Part shown: positions 7,601 through 15,954 of the stretch, in pieces
Layout of the letters: each line of letters begins with the position of its first letter
Numbering within the stretch: the first letter of the stretch is position 1
Source: a virus
Length of the DNA: 42,146 nt
IMG/VR virus record: IMGVR_UViG_3300045988_179251
Location: 1 to 42,146 of that record
Reading direction: 5' to 3' (one strand)
The notes under the pieces: generated by a model
Told to the model about the DNA's origin: nothing
The model's input: only the letters and a program-made list of their open reading frames with translations
The model's database searches: none
Translations under genes and position numbers: made by a program

Positions 7601-9178
7601 AGTGTTGCCTGGGAGATAATCTCTACGGGTGCGAAAATTCTGGGCGGAATCATTGCGTTCGTATTCGCATCCATCATCGCCGCGGTCACTATGGGAGTCG
7701 CCGTAATTCAAGGCGCAGCCACCACGATCAGCGCCGCCTGGAATACCGTTGTTTCGTGGACCAGCTGGCTGAAAAACATGGTCGTCAGTGCGTGGAACAT
7801 TCTGAAAGGCGAAATCCAAATCGTTAAAGATTGGATTGCCAACACGCTCGTCCCCGCAATTACAAGCGCCTGGGACAGGGTCGTGGCCGCCGCAAACACG
7901 ATGAAAGACGGTGTTAGGACGGCGTGGGACAAAATCAAGGAAGCCGCTGCCAAGCCCGTTAACTTCGTTATCGGCACAGTCTACAATAACGGGCTGCGGA
8001 AACTTGTTAACGGGATGATGGAGAAGCTCTCTCTTGATCTTCGTCTCCCTGAGGCTCCTACGATTGGCGGGTACGCGTCCGGTGGTGTCCTGCCCGGATA
8101 CTCGCCGGGGCGTGACATTTACCATTTCGTATCACCCGATGGTGGCGGCAGACTCGCGCTTTCCGGTGGAGAAGCAATTATGCGGCCGGAATGGGTGAAA
8201 GCTGTCGGTGGGCCGGCAATGGTGAATGCTATGAACCGTGCTGCCGCGCACGGGGATCGTATTCCTGGCGGTGATGCGGGGTATGCCGCATTCGCTCCGG
8301 GCGGTATTTGGGACCCCGTCAAATCAACGGTAGAAAGAGGCGCGTCCGCTGCCCTTAATTGGATTACCGGGGCGGCTGATGCAGTGTCCTCGATCTTCTC
8401 CGACCCGATCGGAGCCGTTGAGACTGTCATCAAGGCTCCGGTTCACAAGCTTCTCGATTCGTGGGGCGGCGACGGGGCAAAGCCATTCTTCGACGCCGGA
8501 AAGGCTGGCGTTGATAAAACCATTGACGCGCTCGGTGATTGGATTAAAGATCACATGCCTGTGGTCAGCGGATTCGGTGGCGGAATTGGTGCTATTGGTG
8601 CCGCTGCTGGCGACCTCGTGAATACGGCGCGACGGGCTATCGGTACCCCGTATGTTTGGGGCGGCGTCTCCCCGGGCGGCGGACTTGACTGTTCTGGTCT
8701 TGTCTATTGGGCGCTCAATGCCATGGGCATTCACGTGCCGCGTCTAACGGCAGCCGGATACCAGGCAATGTCATCCCCCGGTAATCCCATGGTTCCTGGA
8801 ACGCTCCTGTTCTGGGGTTACCCGGCCCACCACGTTGCTATCGCCTCCGGTAACGGGATGATGGTTGAGGCGCCGACCTTCGGTATCCCGGTGCGTGAGG
8901 TTCCGATTTACGGTGGGCCGTCCGCGGGGAATCTTCGCTACGACAATGGCGGATTCCTGCAGCCCGGCCTTTCAACAATTGAGAATAAGACTGGACGTCC
9001 GGAGCCTGTTTTCACGTCGGCCCAGTGGGAGAAAATGGATAAGCTGATCAGTCTTTTGGAGAATCGTGCGCTCGGCCCGGACGTGCTCGAAATTCGGGAC
9101 GTGGACAATGATCTTGTCGGCCGCATGCAAGTAGAGGCTACATCGGCCATAGTAGACTATGATCGGATGAACCGATAA
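4616..9178 (+). CDS. Tape measure protein with C-terminal NlpC/P60-type peptidoglycan hydrolase motif
   Basis: 1520 aa, the largest gene, directly after G/GT. It has hydrophobic segments and W-rich tandem repeats. The C-terminal GTPYVWGG...DCSGLVYWA...HHVAIASGNGMMVEAP is an NlpC/P60 Cys/His signature. Confidence 0.95.
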   Translation: MAGYDLGTAWIQISPSVRGLARSINSEIGNVDTGPAERKITSGLGGAFKSVAKVAGAALGGLAIGGIAVAFGGVAKEAFNAADATIKFKQTLAFAGKSADEINALTKSTRSYADRTIYELDDIQSITAQLASNGVKGYDKLAEAAGNLNAVAGGNAQTFKTVGLVMTQTAGAGKLTTENWNQLSDAIPGASGKLQEAMKKNGAYTGNFREAMEKGEITAEEFNQAILDLGMEDVAIEAATSTKTLEGAWGNFKATLVTGAQEIAEKALPWITASLDAMSKGFEKVFNWVSNSFIPSITNAFNVIRKGDFTGPIFSFEEDSSFVDFLFRMRDAAAAAGEWINKTLVPSLKNLKDLLLSGDFTGTIFGFDKDSGIISYITNVRNSFVELGKFIVGTLVPGIATALSTIANSTLVQFMENLTVAILNSKVAVYSIAAAFTAWKAVMVMSSMQQWLNDMEGVAGVAGRVTTAINAMTVAKIKDTVETAQLNLMYAGEFLSNIARATTQITMQAVAWGRATAMMVLHKTATIASTAAQWAFNAAMDANPIGLVVIAIAALVAAIIVAWQNSETFRNVVISCWEAIKTAAGAVADWFAANVWPLMQVAWDGIVAGAQWMWGVMVSVWQGMQPVIQAVIDWIVGTAWPALQTAWDGIVAGAQWVWNGIVGAWQGIQPVIQAVVDWVVNTAWPNLQAAWDGISAGAMIVWNGMVAAWQGISDIIRPVVDWIVNVAALYLTTAWDAISWGVSALWSTIQWAWDAIWAAIMPVATQIYNDIWPMVVGAFNAIKDTASMMWADIQIAWTAIQTAIQPVADWIYNTVWPWVVGAFNAIKDTAANMWSNIQVAWAAIQAAMQPVVEWIYYTAWPWVVDAFNTIKDAASNLWGTVQAAWTSIQAAMQPVVEWIYYTAWPWVVDTFNTIKDTASALWGTISAAWNGIWATIQPVVEWIYNIAWPWVVGAFNAIKDTASIMWGSLSATWNGIWAVMQPVVNWIQTYAAPVISVAWEIISTGAKILGGIIAFVFASIIAAVTMGVAVIQGAATTISAAWNTVVSWTSWLKNMVVSAWNILKGEIQIVKDWIANTLVPAITSAWDRVVAAANTMKDGVRTAWDKIKEAAAKPVNFVIGTVYNNGLRKLVNGMMEKLSLDLRLPEAPTIGGYASGGVLPGYSPGRDIYHFVSPDGGGRLALSGGEAIMRPEWVKAVGGPAMVNAMNRAAAHGDRIPGGDAGYAAFAPGGIWDPVKSTVERGASAALNWITGAADAVSSIFSDPIGAVETVIKAPVHKLLDSWGGDGAKPFFDAGKAGVDKTIDALGDWIKDHMPVVSGFGGGIGAIGAAAGDLVNTARRAIGTPYVWGGVSPGGGLDCSGLVYWALNAMGIHVPRLTAAGYQAMSSPGNPMVPGTLLFWGYPAHHVAIASGNGMMVEAPTFGIPVREVPIYGGPSAGNLRYDNGGFLQPGLSTIENKTGRPEPVFTSAQWEKMDKLISLLENRALGPDVLEIRDVDNDLVGRMQVEATSAIVDYDRMNR
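6390..7610 (+). repeat. In-frame tandem repeats of about 132 nt (44 aa), roughly 9 copies, inside the tape measure gene
   Basis: Repeating units such as AWPWVV(G/D)AFN(A/T)IKDTA..W....AW..IQ...QPVVEWIY.T. Later copies are nearly identical at DNA level. Boundaries are approximate. Confidence 0.8.
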
Positions 9179-9204
9179 ACCATTATGACGGAAAGCATAT
9201 AACA

Positions 9205-9984
9205 ATGCCGATTACGGGATGGATTGCTACACACACTGGGCTGCCGTCAATAATGGCTACCGGCAAGGAACCCGTCTATGCGGGGGATCGTCTTTTCGCC
9301 GTGCCCGGGATGGCCCGTGACAAAAGGCCACTCACCGGTAGGGCGAAAATGATTCGCGAGCTCGAGGGCCCCAAGCTGACCGAGCCGGTAACAATGATCC
9401 TCTCAGACGCGTACGCTGTGCCGGGTACCACGATCAAATACGCTCAGGGCGACTCCTCGGTCACATTGACTCGCCCCGAGGTGGAGTGGTGGCGCGGCAT
9501 GGTGAGCGGCCTCAACGGACGCACCGTCCCAGGTCTCATCTGGGAGGAGGCCCAGGACAAAAGAGAATGGTCCTCCCCAATCTCGAGATATAACTCACTC
9601 ATCGCCAGGTGGCCGATGCTAGAAGTGGCCCGCACAGGAGGCGGCCAATTCGTCCTAGACGACCCATCACACGTTAACAATGTTTGGGAAATCCTGCAGA
9701 AGCGTGAGCCTCTCATTCTTACACCTGGCGCCCCCGCCGACGTTCTACCGTCACGATTCATCACCGTAGACAAAGTCGACAGTGCCAGGATCACGGGAGA
9801 CGGTATCATTCGGTGGAACGTAAAATGGCATGAGCTCCCCGAGGACTCGCCAATGCTTGTCGGCCCTCACGCTGGCTGGGGAGCTGCACCTTGCGTCACT
9901 TGGGGTGAATGGCGTGAAGTTGACAAGGTTTGGAAGTCGCGCACATACATTGAGATTTGCAAAATGATTGCGGGTATGCCATGA
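9205..9984 (+). CDS. Minor tail protein (distal tail protein position)
   Basis: 259-aa ORF, the first gene after the tape measure. The assignment is by position only. Confidence 0.55.
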   Translation: MPITGWIATHTGLPSIMATGKEPVYAGDRLFAVPGMARDKRPLTGRAKMIRELEGPKLTEPVTMILSDAYAVPGTTIKYAQGDSSVTLTRPEVEWWRGMVSGLNGRTVPGLIWEEAQDKREWSSPISRYNSLIARWPMLEVARTGGGQFVLDDPSHVNNVWEILQKREPLILTPGAPADVLPSRFITVDKVDSARITGDGIIRWNVKWHELPEDSPMLVGPHAGWGAAPCVTWGEWREVDKVWKSRTYIEICKMIAGMP

Positions 9985-11054
9985 GAAACGGTCCCACTCT
10001 GGCCGCTCTTTCAGACGGTCTCAGTATAGGTGCAAGAATCGATATCATTCGCGGTGGCGAAGTCCTCAAAACGGGAATTCCCGCCTCCGAAGTAAAGGTT
10101 GAGTGGTCCTCGACGAACCGTCAGGTTCCGGGCGCTTTGTCTTATTCTTGCCCCATGTCATGGGTCCCGGAATGGCCGTTGGATGCGCTCAATAATTTCG
10201 GGCAGCGATCCATGGTGACCGCACTCTATGAGAATCGGCGCGGCGACTACTGGGAAATTCCACTCGGCGAATTCGTCAACATGGAATGGTCCGTGTCCAA
10301 AGAAAAAGTGAACGTTTCCTGTAAAGATTTGACACAGATTCTCGCCGATAATCCGAGGCCGTGGCCATCATCCCCCGCCGCCGGAGCCACACTACTCTCC
10401 GAAGCCAACGAACTTGCCGAATACGTGCGAGTAAAACTGGAGAACGATGTGTGGGATGCGCCTATCCCACGCACCACACAATGGGGAAACTCGCGAATCG
10501 AATCAATCTATAAACTCGTCGAATCGCGGGGCTGTGGTATTCGTAGCGGAGCCGATGGAATGTTGCATATTTTCAAGCTTCGCGACAAGACTGCGCCGGA
10601 CGAGATTTATACGTACGAGTCAGGGTTCCTTTTGGAGTCCCCACGCGCCCCGAGGTCAGGCGGCCGGCGCCCGAACCGGTGGTACGTTACCGGCAGTAAA
10701 CAACAGAAAGCTCAGGGCGAGCAGGAGGAACGATGGACCGCGGAACGCGAAATCACTGACCCGCCCTATGAGCCGGCCGGCTATGGTTGGGTTACGTCGC
10801 ACAAGGAATTCAGCGCCGCAAGCTCGGCGAGAGAGGTATCCGAGGCTGCAGACACGTACATGATTCAGGACATTTCCTCCCGCTCTTCCCGCTCTTTGAC
10901 GATTATTCCGGACGCCCGTATCGAGGTCGGGGACATTGTCGGTGCGATTACCGAGCAGGGTGAGCATATTGCTGGCCGTGTCACGGCCTATAGTCTCCCG
11001 TTGTCTGATCCGTCCGCTACAATGAGGGTAGACATAGAGGTACTGGGAGAATAA
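9981..11054 (+). CDS. Minor tail protein (tail tip / hub position)
   Basis: The track ORF starts at 9957. The ATG at 9981 gives an ATGA overlap with the upstream stop and is preferred. Confidence 0.5.
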   Translation: MRNGPTLAALSDGLSIGARIDIIRGGEVLKTGIPASEVKVEWSSTNRQVPGALSYSCPMSWVPEWPLDALNNFGQRSMVTALYENRRGDYWEIPLGEFVNMEWSVSKEKVNVSCKDLTQILADNPRPWPSSPAAGATLLSEANELAEYVRVKLENDVWDAPIPRTTQWGNSRIESIYKLVESRGCGIRSGADGMLHIFKLRDKTAPDEIYTYESGFLLESPRAPRSGGRRPNRWYVTGSKQQKAQGEQEERWTAEREITDPPYEPAGYGWVTSHKEFSAASSAREVSEAADTYMIQDISSRSSRSLTIIPDARIEVGDIVGAITEQGEHIAGRVTAYSLPLSDPSATMRVDIEVLGE

Positions 11055-11064
11055 ACGGGGCATC

Positions 11065-12981
11065 ATGGTCAGACCGTCACTATTGCTTGACACGGCGCCA
11101 CGAAACGGCGGCAGGGGCAGCAATAACAATGTTATTGTTCAGCAATCCTCAGTATCATGGACGTACGGGAAAATCACTGGCACGTCCGCCACCGATTCCA
11201 CGCTCCCGTCCGGCTGGGTAGAGGTAGGAATCCCCTACAGCAACCCGACCTCTCACGCGGTTGGCGAATCTGACGGTATTGCTACGTGGATAGGCGCCCG
11301 CGTACTCGTCATCATTGACTCATCCGGGCGTGTAGTCAAGATCAGTGACCCTATCGCCGAGCCGCCATCCGGGGCGAAAGTCGAGAACCTCGGACATACC
11401 GGTAAAATTCTCAGCCAGGCCGCGAAAGACGCCGAGCGCGCCTTCAAAGAGGCCGACGCGATTCGCGACCGAGCCAACAAGGCCGAAGGCGCCGCAAACA
11501 AAGCCGCAAAAGACGCTGAAAAAGCTGTTCAGATTGCGGAAGCTAACCGGCCGCCCGTAGTATCCCAGACCGCGCCCGAGAATCCTGTCACGGGATTGAT
11601 TTGGTATGTCACTGACAATGCCGGGCACATTACCGATGTGCGTATTTGGGATGGTACACAGTGGGTGACCAGAACAATGGTTGCCGGCAGCATTCTCGTC
11701 CCTTCGTCCGTGGGTAACGTCTCACTGGCTGACGGTTCTGTGTCTGCGCGTAACATTTACGCGTCCGGGGAACTCTGGGCCAAAATTGCGGCGTTCGCGT
11801 CCGTTACTACGGAAATGTTGACCGCCGGAAACGCTACATTCAACGCAGCAAAGGTCACCGGTGATCTCATTGGTAACAGGCTTATTGGTGGTGAACTCTC
11901 ACTCGTTGATACTGAGCCGACGTCAGGCGAGAAGAATATCAGATTTGGCCTCGGCAGCGAGTATGGATTCTGGGAGTCTATCTGGTCTCCCAAAATCGCG
12001 ACCGTGGAGGAGCTCGAGGGCGGCACGCGGTTCGTTCTGACCGATAGGGATCGTCCTAATCGTAACGATGGTGCGCAGATGGCAATCTACGACATTGCTG
12101 TTGCGAAACCAAAAACATACGGTATCGCCGGTGAAGGTGTAGGCAAGGTTGAGGGGTATATTCTTTTCACCCCGTCATGGAACGGCCGCGCGATTCTCAC
12201 AATCAACATTGGCAAAAATAGAATCATCGCTGTTGACGAGCAGGCGACGGCTGGGCAGAAAATAAGATTCGATTTCACGCTCCCCGACGGTGCGTGGATC
12301 CAAGACACCGACACGCCATTCTACATTAGTGCTCGCACGAACGACGTTTTTACGCCGGGAATGCAGCTCGGGATCATTTATTCCATGTACGTGTCATGGA
12401 AAATGAGCCGCTCCTCCGGTCTGCATATTTTCCGCGACGACGAGGGCGTAGCAAAAATACAGATTACTGATCGTCAGGGCGGCGAGCTTATCATGGACAC
12501 GAATGGCGTGTCCTATGACCCGCCCGGGTCGCCTGCGCCTCACTCGTCGTCTTGGCGTACTTTCACGGAGCCGCCTTTCGCCCACATGGCAACAAACAAT
12601 GCGCACTTGTGGACTAAAAAAGATGATTGGACGGAGGTTCCGGTTGGTTCGCAGGAGAAGATCGTTCGTGGCGGAATGCAAGTAGACGGCGTCGAAATTG
12701 TTATCCCGCAGAGCGGACTTTACCGTCTAGACGGCACAACATGGTACAGGTCATCGTGGGCCGGATATGTTGGTGGCACAAGGGTTGCCCGCCCCAATGA
12801 CGTTGAGCGCGGCGTTTACATGTATGCTGCGTTGAACCATGGCCTGTGGACCGCGCTGCAGGTGACAGGTGTTAGGCGTCTGAACGTTGGGGATCGGATT
12901 GCGCTTTATACGTATCAGAATATTGATGAGGGTACAATTATGGATTGGGGCGAGATGACGGTTAGCTGGCTCACCTACTGA
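11065..12981 (+). CDS. Minor tail protein, probable fibre or receptor-binding protein with a coiled-coil segment
   Basis: 638 aa. It contains an Ala/Lys/Glu heptad-like stretch (AKDAERAFKEADAIRDRANKAEGAANKAAKDAEKAV) followed by a beta-rich C-terminal part. Confidence 0.55.
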   Translation: MVRPSLLLDTAPRNGGRGSNNNVIVQQSSVSWTYGKITGTSATDSTLPSGWVEVGIPYSNPTSHAVGESDGIATWIGARVLVIIDSSGRVVKISDPIAEPPSGAKVENLGHTGKILSQAAKDAERAFKEADAIRDRANKAEGAANKAAKDAEKAVQIAEANRPPVVSQTAPENPVTGLIWYVTDNAGHITDVRIWDGTQWVTRTMVAGSILVPSSVGNVSLADGSVSARNIYASGELWAKIAAFASVTTEMLTAGNATFNAAKVTGDLIGNRLIGGELSLVDTEPTSGEKNIRFGLGSEYGFWESIWSPKIATVEELEGGTRFVLTDRDRPNRNDGAQMAIYDIAVAKPKTYGIAGEGVGKVEGYILFTPSWNGRAILTINIGKNRIIAVDEQATAGQKIRFDFTLPDGAWIQDTDTPFYISARTNDVFTPGMQLGIIYSMYVSWKMSRSSGLHIFRDDEGVAKIQITDRQGGELIMDTNGVSYDPPGSPAPHSSSWRTFTEPPFAHMATNNAHLWTKKDDWTEVPVGSQEKIVRGGMQVDGVEIVIPQSGLYRLDGTTWYRSSWAGYVGGTRVARPNDVERGVYMYAALNHGLWTALQVTGVRRLNVGDRIALYTYQNIDEGTIMDWGEMTVSWLTY

Positions 12982-13015
12982 AGATTGTGTAACAATATTT
13001 TTAGGAGAAAATAAT

Positions 13016-13717
13016 ATGCCTAACACTAGGTGGACCGGCGGAGTCGTCCCCACGGTAGACGATAATCTTATTGAGGCCTGGGATGCGTACGATGATTCCG
13101 CCGGCCGGGTTATGCCAGCGGCATCAGTGGCGGCGGCGCGGGTCATGTTGGCGGCCGCTCCGTCAGGTGCGGTATCGAAAGCGCGTCCCGCCGTCTTTAT
13201 CATTGACGATATTCTGTACACTGCCGACGGCTCCAAGGCTGGTGACGGGTCATTCAACATTAACCCGGCTAACAGCTTTAGCGGTGTGCTTTACAGGCAT
13301 CGTGATAATACGAATGGCCGCGGCCGTCCGACGTCGGATCATGCCACTTATACTTGGGGTGACGGTATCGTCACTCTGCCTATCAAGAGCCTCATGGAGT
13401 TCTCGCTTGACGTGTGTGTGAGCATTGCGCACGAGGACTATCATTCCGAGGAGGAGAAGGACAAAGCGGTCGGCTCATATTTCTTCGGGTTCAAGCTCGA
13501 TAATCGGGGTATTTGGCAGACCGAGATTCAGTACAATCGCACGTTCATGACGCACCATATGCAGTGGCGCCTTTCCGTGGAGGCCGGCTCGCATAGGGTT
13601 GCTTATACTACGGCGGGTAGTTATGGTGCCGACCCGTACTGGCATTACGATGGCGGCGTGTTTCCTGGCACTGTGTTTACGGTGGCTACTCTTGGTGCGA
13701 CACGCGTTGACTTGTAA
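13016..13717 (+). CDS. Hypothetical tail-module protein
   Basis: 233-aa ORF with an upstream AGGAGA Shine-Dalgarno. No recognisable motif. Confidence 0.45.
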   Translation: MPNTRWTGGVVPTVDDNLIEAWDAYDDSAGRVMPAASVAAARVMLAAAPSGAVSKARPAVFIIDDILYTADGSKAGDGSFNINPANSFSGVLYRHRDNTNGRGRPTSDHATYTWGDGIVTLPIKSLMEFSLDVCVSIAHEDYHSEEEKDKAVGSYFFGFKLDNRGIWQTEIQYNRTFMTHHMQWRLSVEAGSHRVAYTTAGSYGADPYWHYDGGVFPGTVFTVATLGATRVDL

Positions 13718-13758
13718 TCAATGAATATAGTTCACTATTAGAAATAGGTGATAATAAT

Positions 13759-14154
13759 ATGACCAAGGTCATAGCTACGGTTGTGAATGCAGCCGGCAAG
13801 ACAGTCAACGCCACAATGAGCGTGCGTCCCGAAACCGTTTACACGTCCGACAATGTTACTACCGTTCCTGCTCCCGTGCGCGGCGATGCCGACGACAAAG
13901 GCAGGATCGAGGTGGAGGTAGACGCCAGTCACGGCGGCAGGTGGGCAATTGTCTTGAATGTCGCTGGCGTATGGGCGCGTGAAGTGCGAGGAGCGGAGCT
14001 GCCCGCCTCGGGCGACGTACAGGTAACCTCCCTGTCGGCATGGAACGGCGGCGCCACCCCCGATCCCGACAATCCTGGCGGAGGCGGCGGCCAAGGCAAT
14101 GGCGGCAAGATCACTGTCAGTGACGATGGTCTTACTTGGACTTACGGAGAGTGA
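13759..14154 (+). CDS. Hypothetical tail-module protein with a Gly-rich linker
   Basis: 131-aa ORF. A beta-rich N-terminal part is followed by DPDNPGGGGGQGNGGK. Confidence 0.45.
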   Translation: MTKVIATVVNAAGKTVNATMSVRPETVYTSDNVTTVPAPVRGDADDKGRIEVEVDASHGGRWAIVLNVAGVWAREVRGAELPASGDVQVTSLSAWNGGATPDPDNPGGGGGQGNGGKITVSDDGLTWTYGE

Positions 14155-14163
14155 GAAAACATA

Positions 14164-15159
14164 ATGGCAAACGTTACTGGGTACACTAAGGCCGGCGTTG
14201 ACAAGTTGGTCGCCCCTCTGTTCTCCTCGATCTCGCCTTTCACGGTCGGTGGACACTACTACTCCCCGGTCACGTATTTCTGGCCAGATTTCTACAATGA
14301 GGGCAAGGCCGGAAATGTCTCGAAATGGGCCAAGACGCTGGCTTACGGGAATGCTCTTGGCTACGTGATTATGAATCGTTCTACGGGCGATTGGTCTGCC
14401 AAGGACAACGATTTTCTTACTCAGGCGCAGCGCGCCCAGGCGGCCGGAGTGAAGAGAGTCCTTTGGTATATTCCTACCCGCTATGGTGTCGCGTCACTCG
14501 CTAGGGACGACGCCGCTAGGAATGGCGTGCCAGACCCGGATAAATTCACGCGCGAATACATTATGCAACTGTGCGCCAATCTGCGTTCCCAGTACGATGG
14601 TCTTTTCCAGGGCGTATTCTTGGACGAGGTGATCAACGGCTGGGGCGCACAGTCCGGACGGGTCGGATGGTACGGTGACCTCATCGGCGAAATTCGACGC
14701 ACATACGGCAAGAATTTCACAATCGCTATCAACCCTGGCAGTAATATTACTGAGGCCGTGTGCGCGCTCGATTTCGACGTGTGCATGAGTTTTGAGAACA
14801 CTGCCTCCAAGTATTTGACGGACGACCCTAATAACCCGATCGCGAATGACGTGATGCGCGCACAGCCTTCAACCAAATGGTGGCACGTCATCCACGGGGT
14901 TACGAAAGAGAACTTCCGACAGGTAATCGACCGTGCTGCATCATTCGGTGTTTCACATTTGTATGTGACCGATGGTGAGCTGGTGCAGGGTGAGGGCGGC
15001 CAGTGGGTACCTGAGAAGAACCCTTATCAGAATCCTCCGTCGGATTGGATTATGGAGCGTGTGATCGCTTGGCATGGCGGCTACCTGGGGCTGGCTGAGC
15101 GTGTTGCCGCGTTGGAGGCGAAGGCGACTCCTGCTCCGTCTCCGCAGCCTGGTGCTTGA
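14164..15159 (+). CDS. Spherulin-4 / GH135-like glycoside hydrolase (putative tail-associated polysaccharide depolymerase)
   Basis: Ordered motifs YVIMNRSTG, VLWYIPTRYG, GVFLDEV, IAINPGSN and DVCMSFEN match the (beta/alpha)8 spherulin-4 pattern as I recall it. The N-terminus TGYTKAGVDKLVAPL is fibre-like. It is the last gene of the tail module. Confidence 0.6.
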   Translation: MANVTGYTKAGVDKLVAPLFSSISPFTVGGHYYSPVTYFWPDFYNEGKAGNVSKWAKTLAYGNALGYVIMNRSTGDWSAKDNDFLTQAQRAQAAGVKRVLWYIPTRYGVASLARDDAARNGVPDPDKFTREYIMQLCANLRSQYDGLFQGVFLDEVINGWGAQSGRVGWYGDLIGEIRRTYGKNFTIAINPGSNITEAVCALDFDVCMSFENTASKYLTDDPNNPIANDVMRAQPSTKWWHVIHGVTKENFRQVIDRAASFGVSHLYVTDGELVQGEGGQWVPEKNPYQNPPSDWIMERVIAWHGGYLGLAERVAALEAKATPAPSPQPGA

Positions 15160-15160
15160 G

Positions 15161-15176
15161 TGTTTCACGTGAAACA
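15161..15176. repeat. Perfect 16-bp palindrome TGTTTCACGTGAAACA (copy 1 of 3)
   Basis: Exact self-complementary 16-mer one base after the stop codon of 14164-15159. Identical copies lie at 22319-22334 and 22343-22358. Confidence 0.95.
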
Positions 15177-15177
15177 T

Positions 15178-15219
15178 CCCCCCTCACCGCAGAAATCGTG
15201 GTGAGGGGGGATGTTTTCG
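15178..15219. terminator. Bidirectional rho-independent terminator between convergent modules
   Basis: CCCCCCTCACC (15178-15188) pairs with GGTGAGGGGGG (15200-15210). It is followed by ATGTTTTCG on + and by the T-rich palindrome on -. Confidence 0.75.
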
Positions 15220-15235
15220 CATCCGGTGTGAGAGG

Positions 15236-15703
15236 CTATAGTCCTAGGAGTTGGTAGTTTCCTCCGTGCTCGCGAGCGATATCGTCTAGGACGCCCATGA
15301 GATCAGAGCGCGCATCGTCCTGAACGTCGATTGATGGTGAGTTCAGGATTGAGTGAATCGTGTTATTGATCTCTCGGAATTGGCGAGCGGCGATTGCGTC
15401 ACACTCCACGGTAGCCCACTGTCGTGCTAGACGGCGTGCAAGATTGCATGTGCTCTCTCCGCTTGTTTCATGGTAAACGCCCGCAACGCTCAATGGCCAG
15501 CCCCAGATAACCCATTTACTGACAGTGCCGCCATCGTCGTTTTCTACGGTGACGTCAATCCCGACGCCCTTATACTGGTCGTGCCATTTCAGGTGGGCGA
15601 CCATGTGCGTTTCATCAATGTCGCACACGTCGGGCTTCGGAAGCCACAATTGCACGAGGCTAATCTCATACTCAATCTCCAGCATTAGGTTATTCGCTGT
15701 CAT
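15236..15703 (-). CDS. Hypothetical protein (last gene of the inverted cassette)
   Basis: 155-aa ORF with an ATGA overlap to the upstream gene. Confidence 0.6.
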   Translation of the reverse strand: MTANNLMLEIEYEISLVQLWLPKPDVCDIDETHMVAHLKWHDQYKGVGIDVTVENDDGGTVSKWVIWGWPLSVAGVYHETSGESTCNLARRLARQWATVECDAIAARQFREINNTIHSILNSPSIDVQDDARSDLMGVLDDIAREHGGNYQLLGL

Positions 15704-15954
15704 GAGACGCTCCGCAAAAGCAGATTGCAGCGCATCGCAGAATGCTCCAAGCTACAGGATTCCTCGTGAGTCCATCCTGCTGAGACGCCGCGCTTCGTCG
15801 TCACCACAACACCGTCATCGGTGACCTCGATCTTCCCTGCCGAGGAGTCAATGATGGTGACTCCCATGTGGTCGGAAATGCGGGGCGACGTGATTATGTT
15901 CTGCAATTCCCTGACAATAGCCAGCGCGATTTCCTGACGATCAATCTTGCTCAT
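15700..15954 (-). CDS. Hypothetical protein
   Basis: 84-aa ORF with 4-nt overlaps on both sides. Confidence 0.6.
   Translation of the reverse strand: MSKIDRQEIALAIVRELQNIITSPRISDHMGVTIIDSSAGKIEVTDDGVVVTTKRGVSAGWTHEESCSLEHSAMRCNLLLRSVS

Noticed and set aside
6390-7610. Tandem ~132-nt repeats considered as a CRISPR-like array or satellite
   Set aside because: The repeats are contiguous with no spacers, stay in frame and encode the tape measure repeat units. There are no cas genes.
5224-8734. Several 100-300-aa minus-strand ORFs inside the tape measure gene
   Set aside because: They are shadow ORFs of a long GC-biased gene, and their repetitive character mirrors the tape measure repeats.
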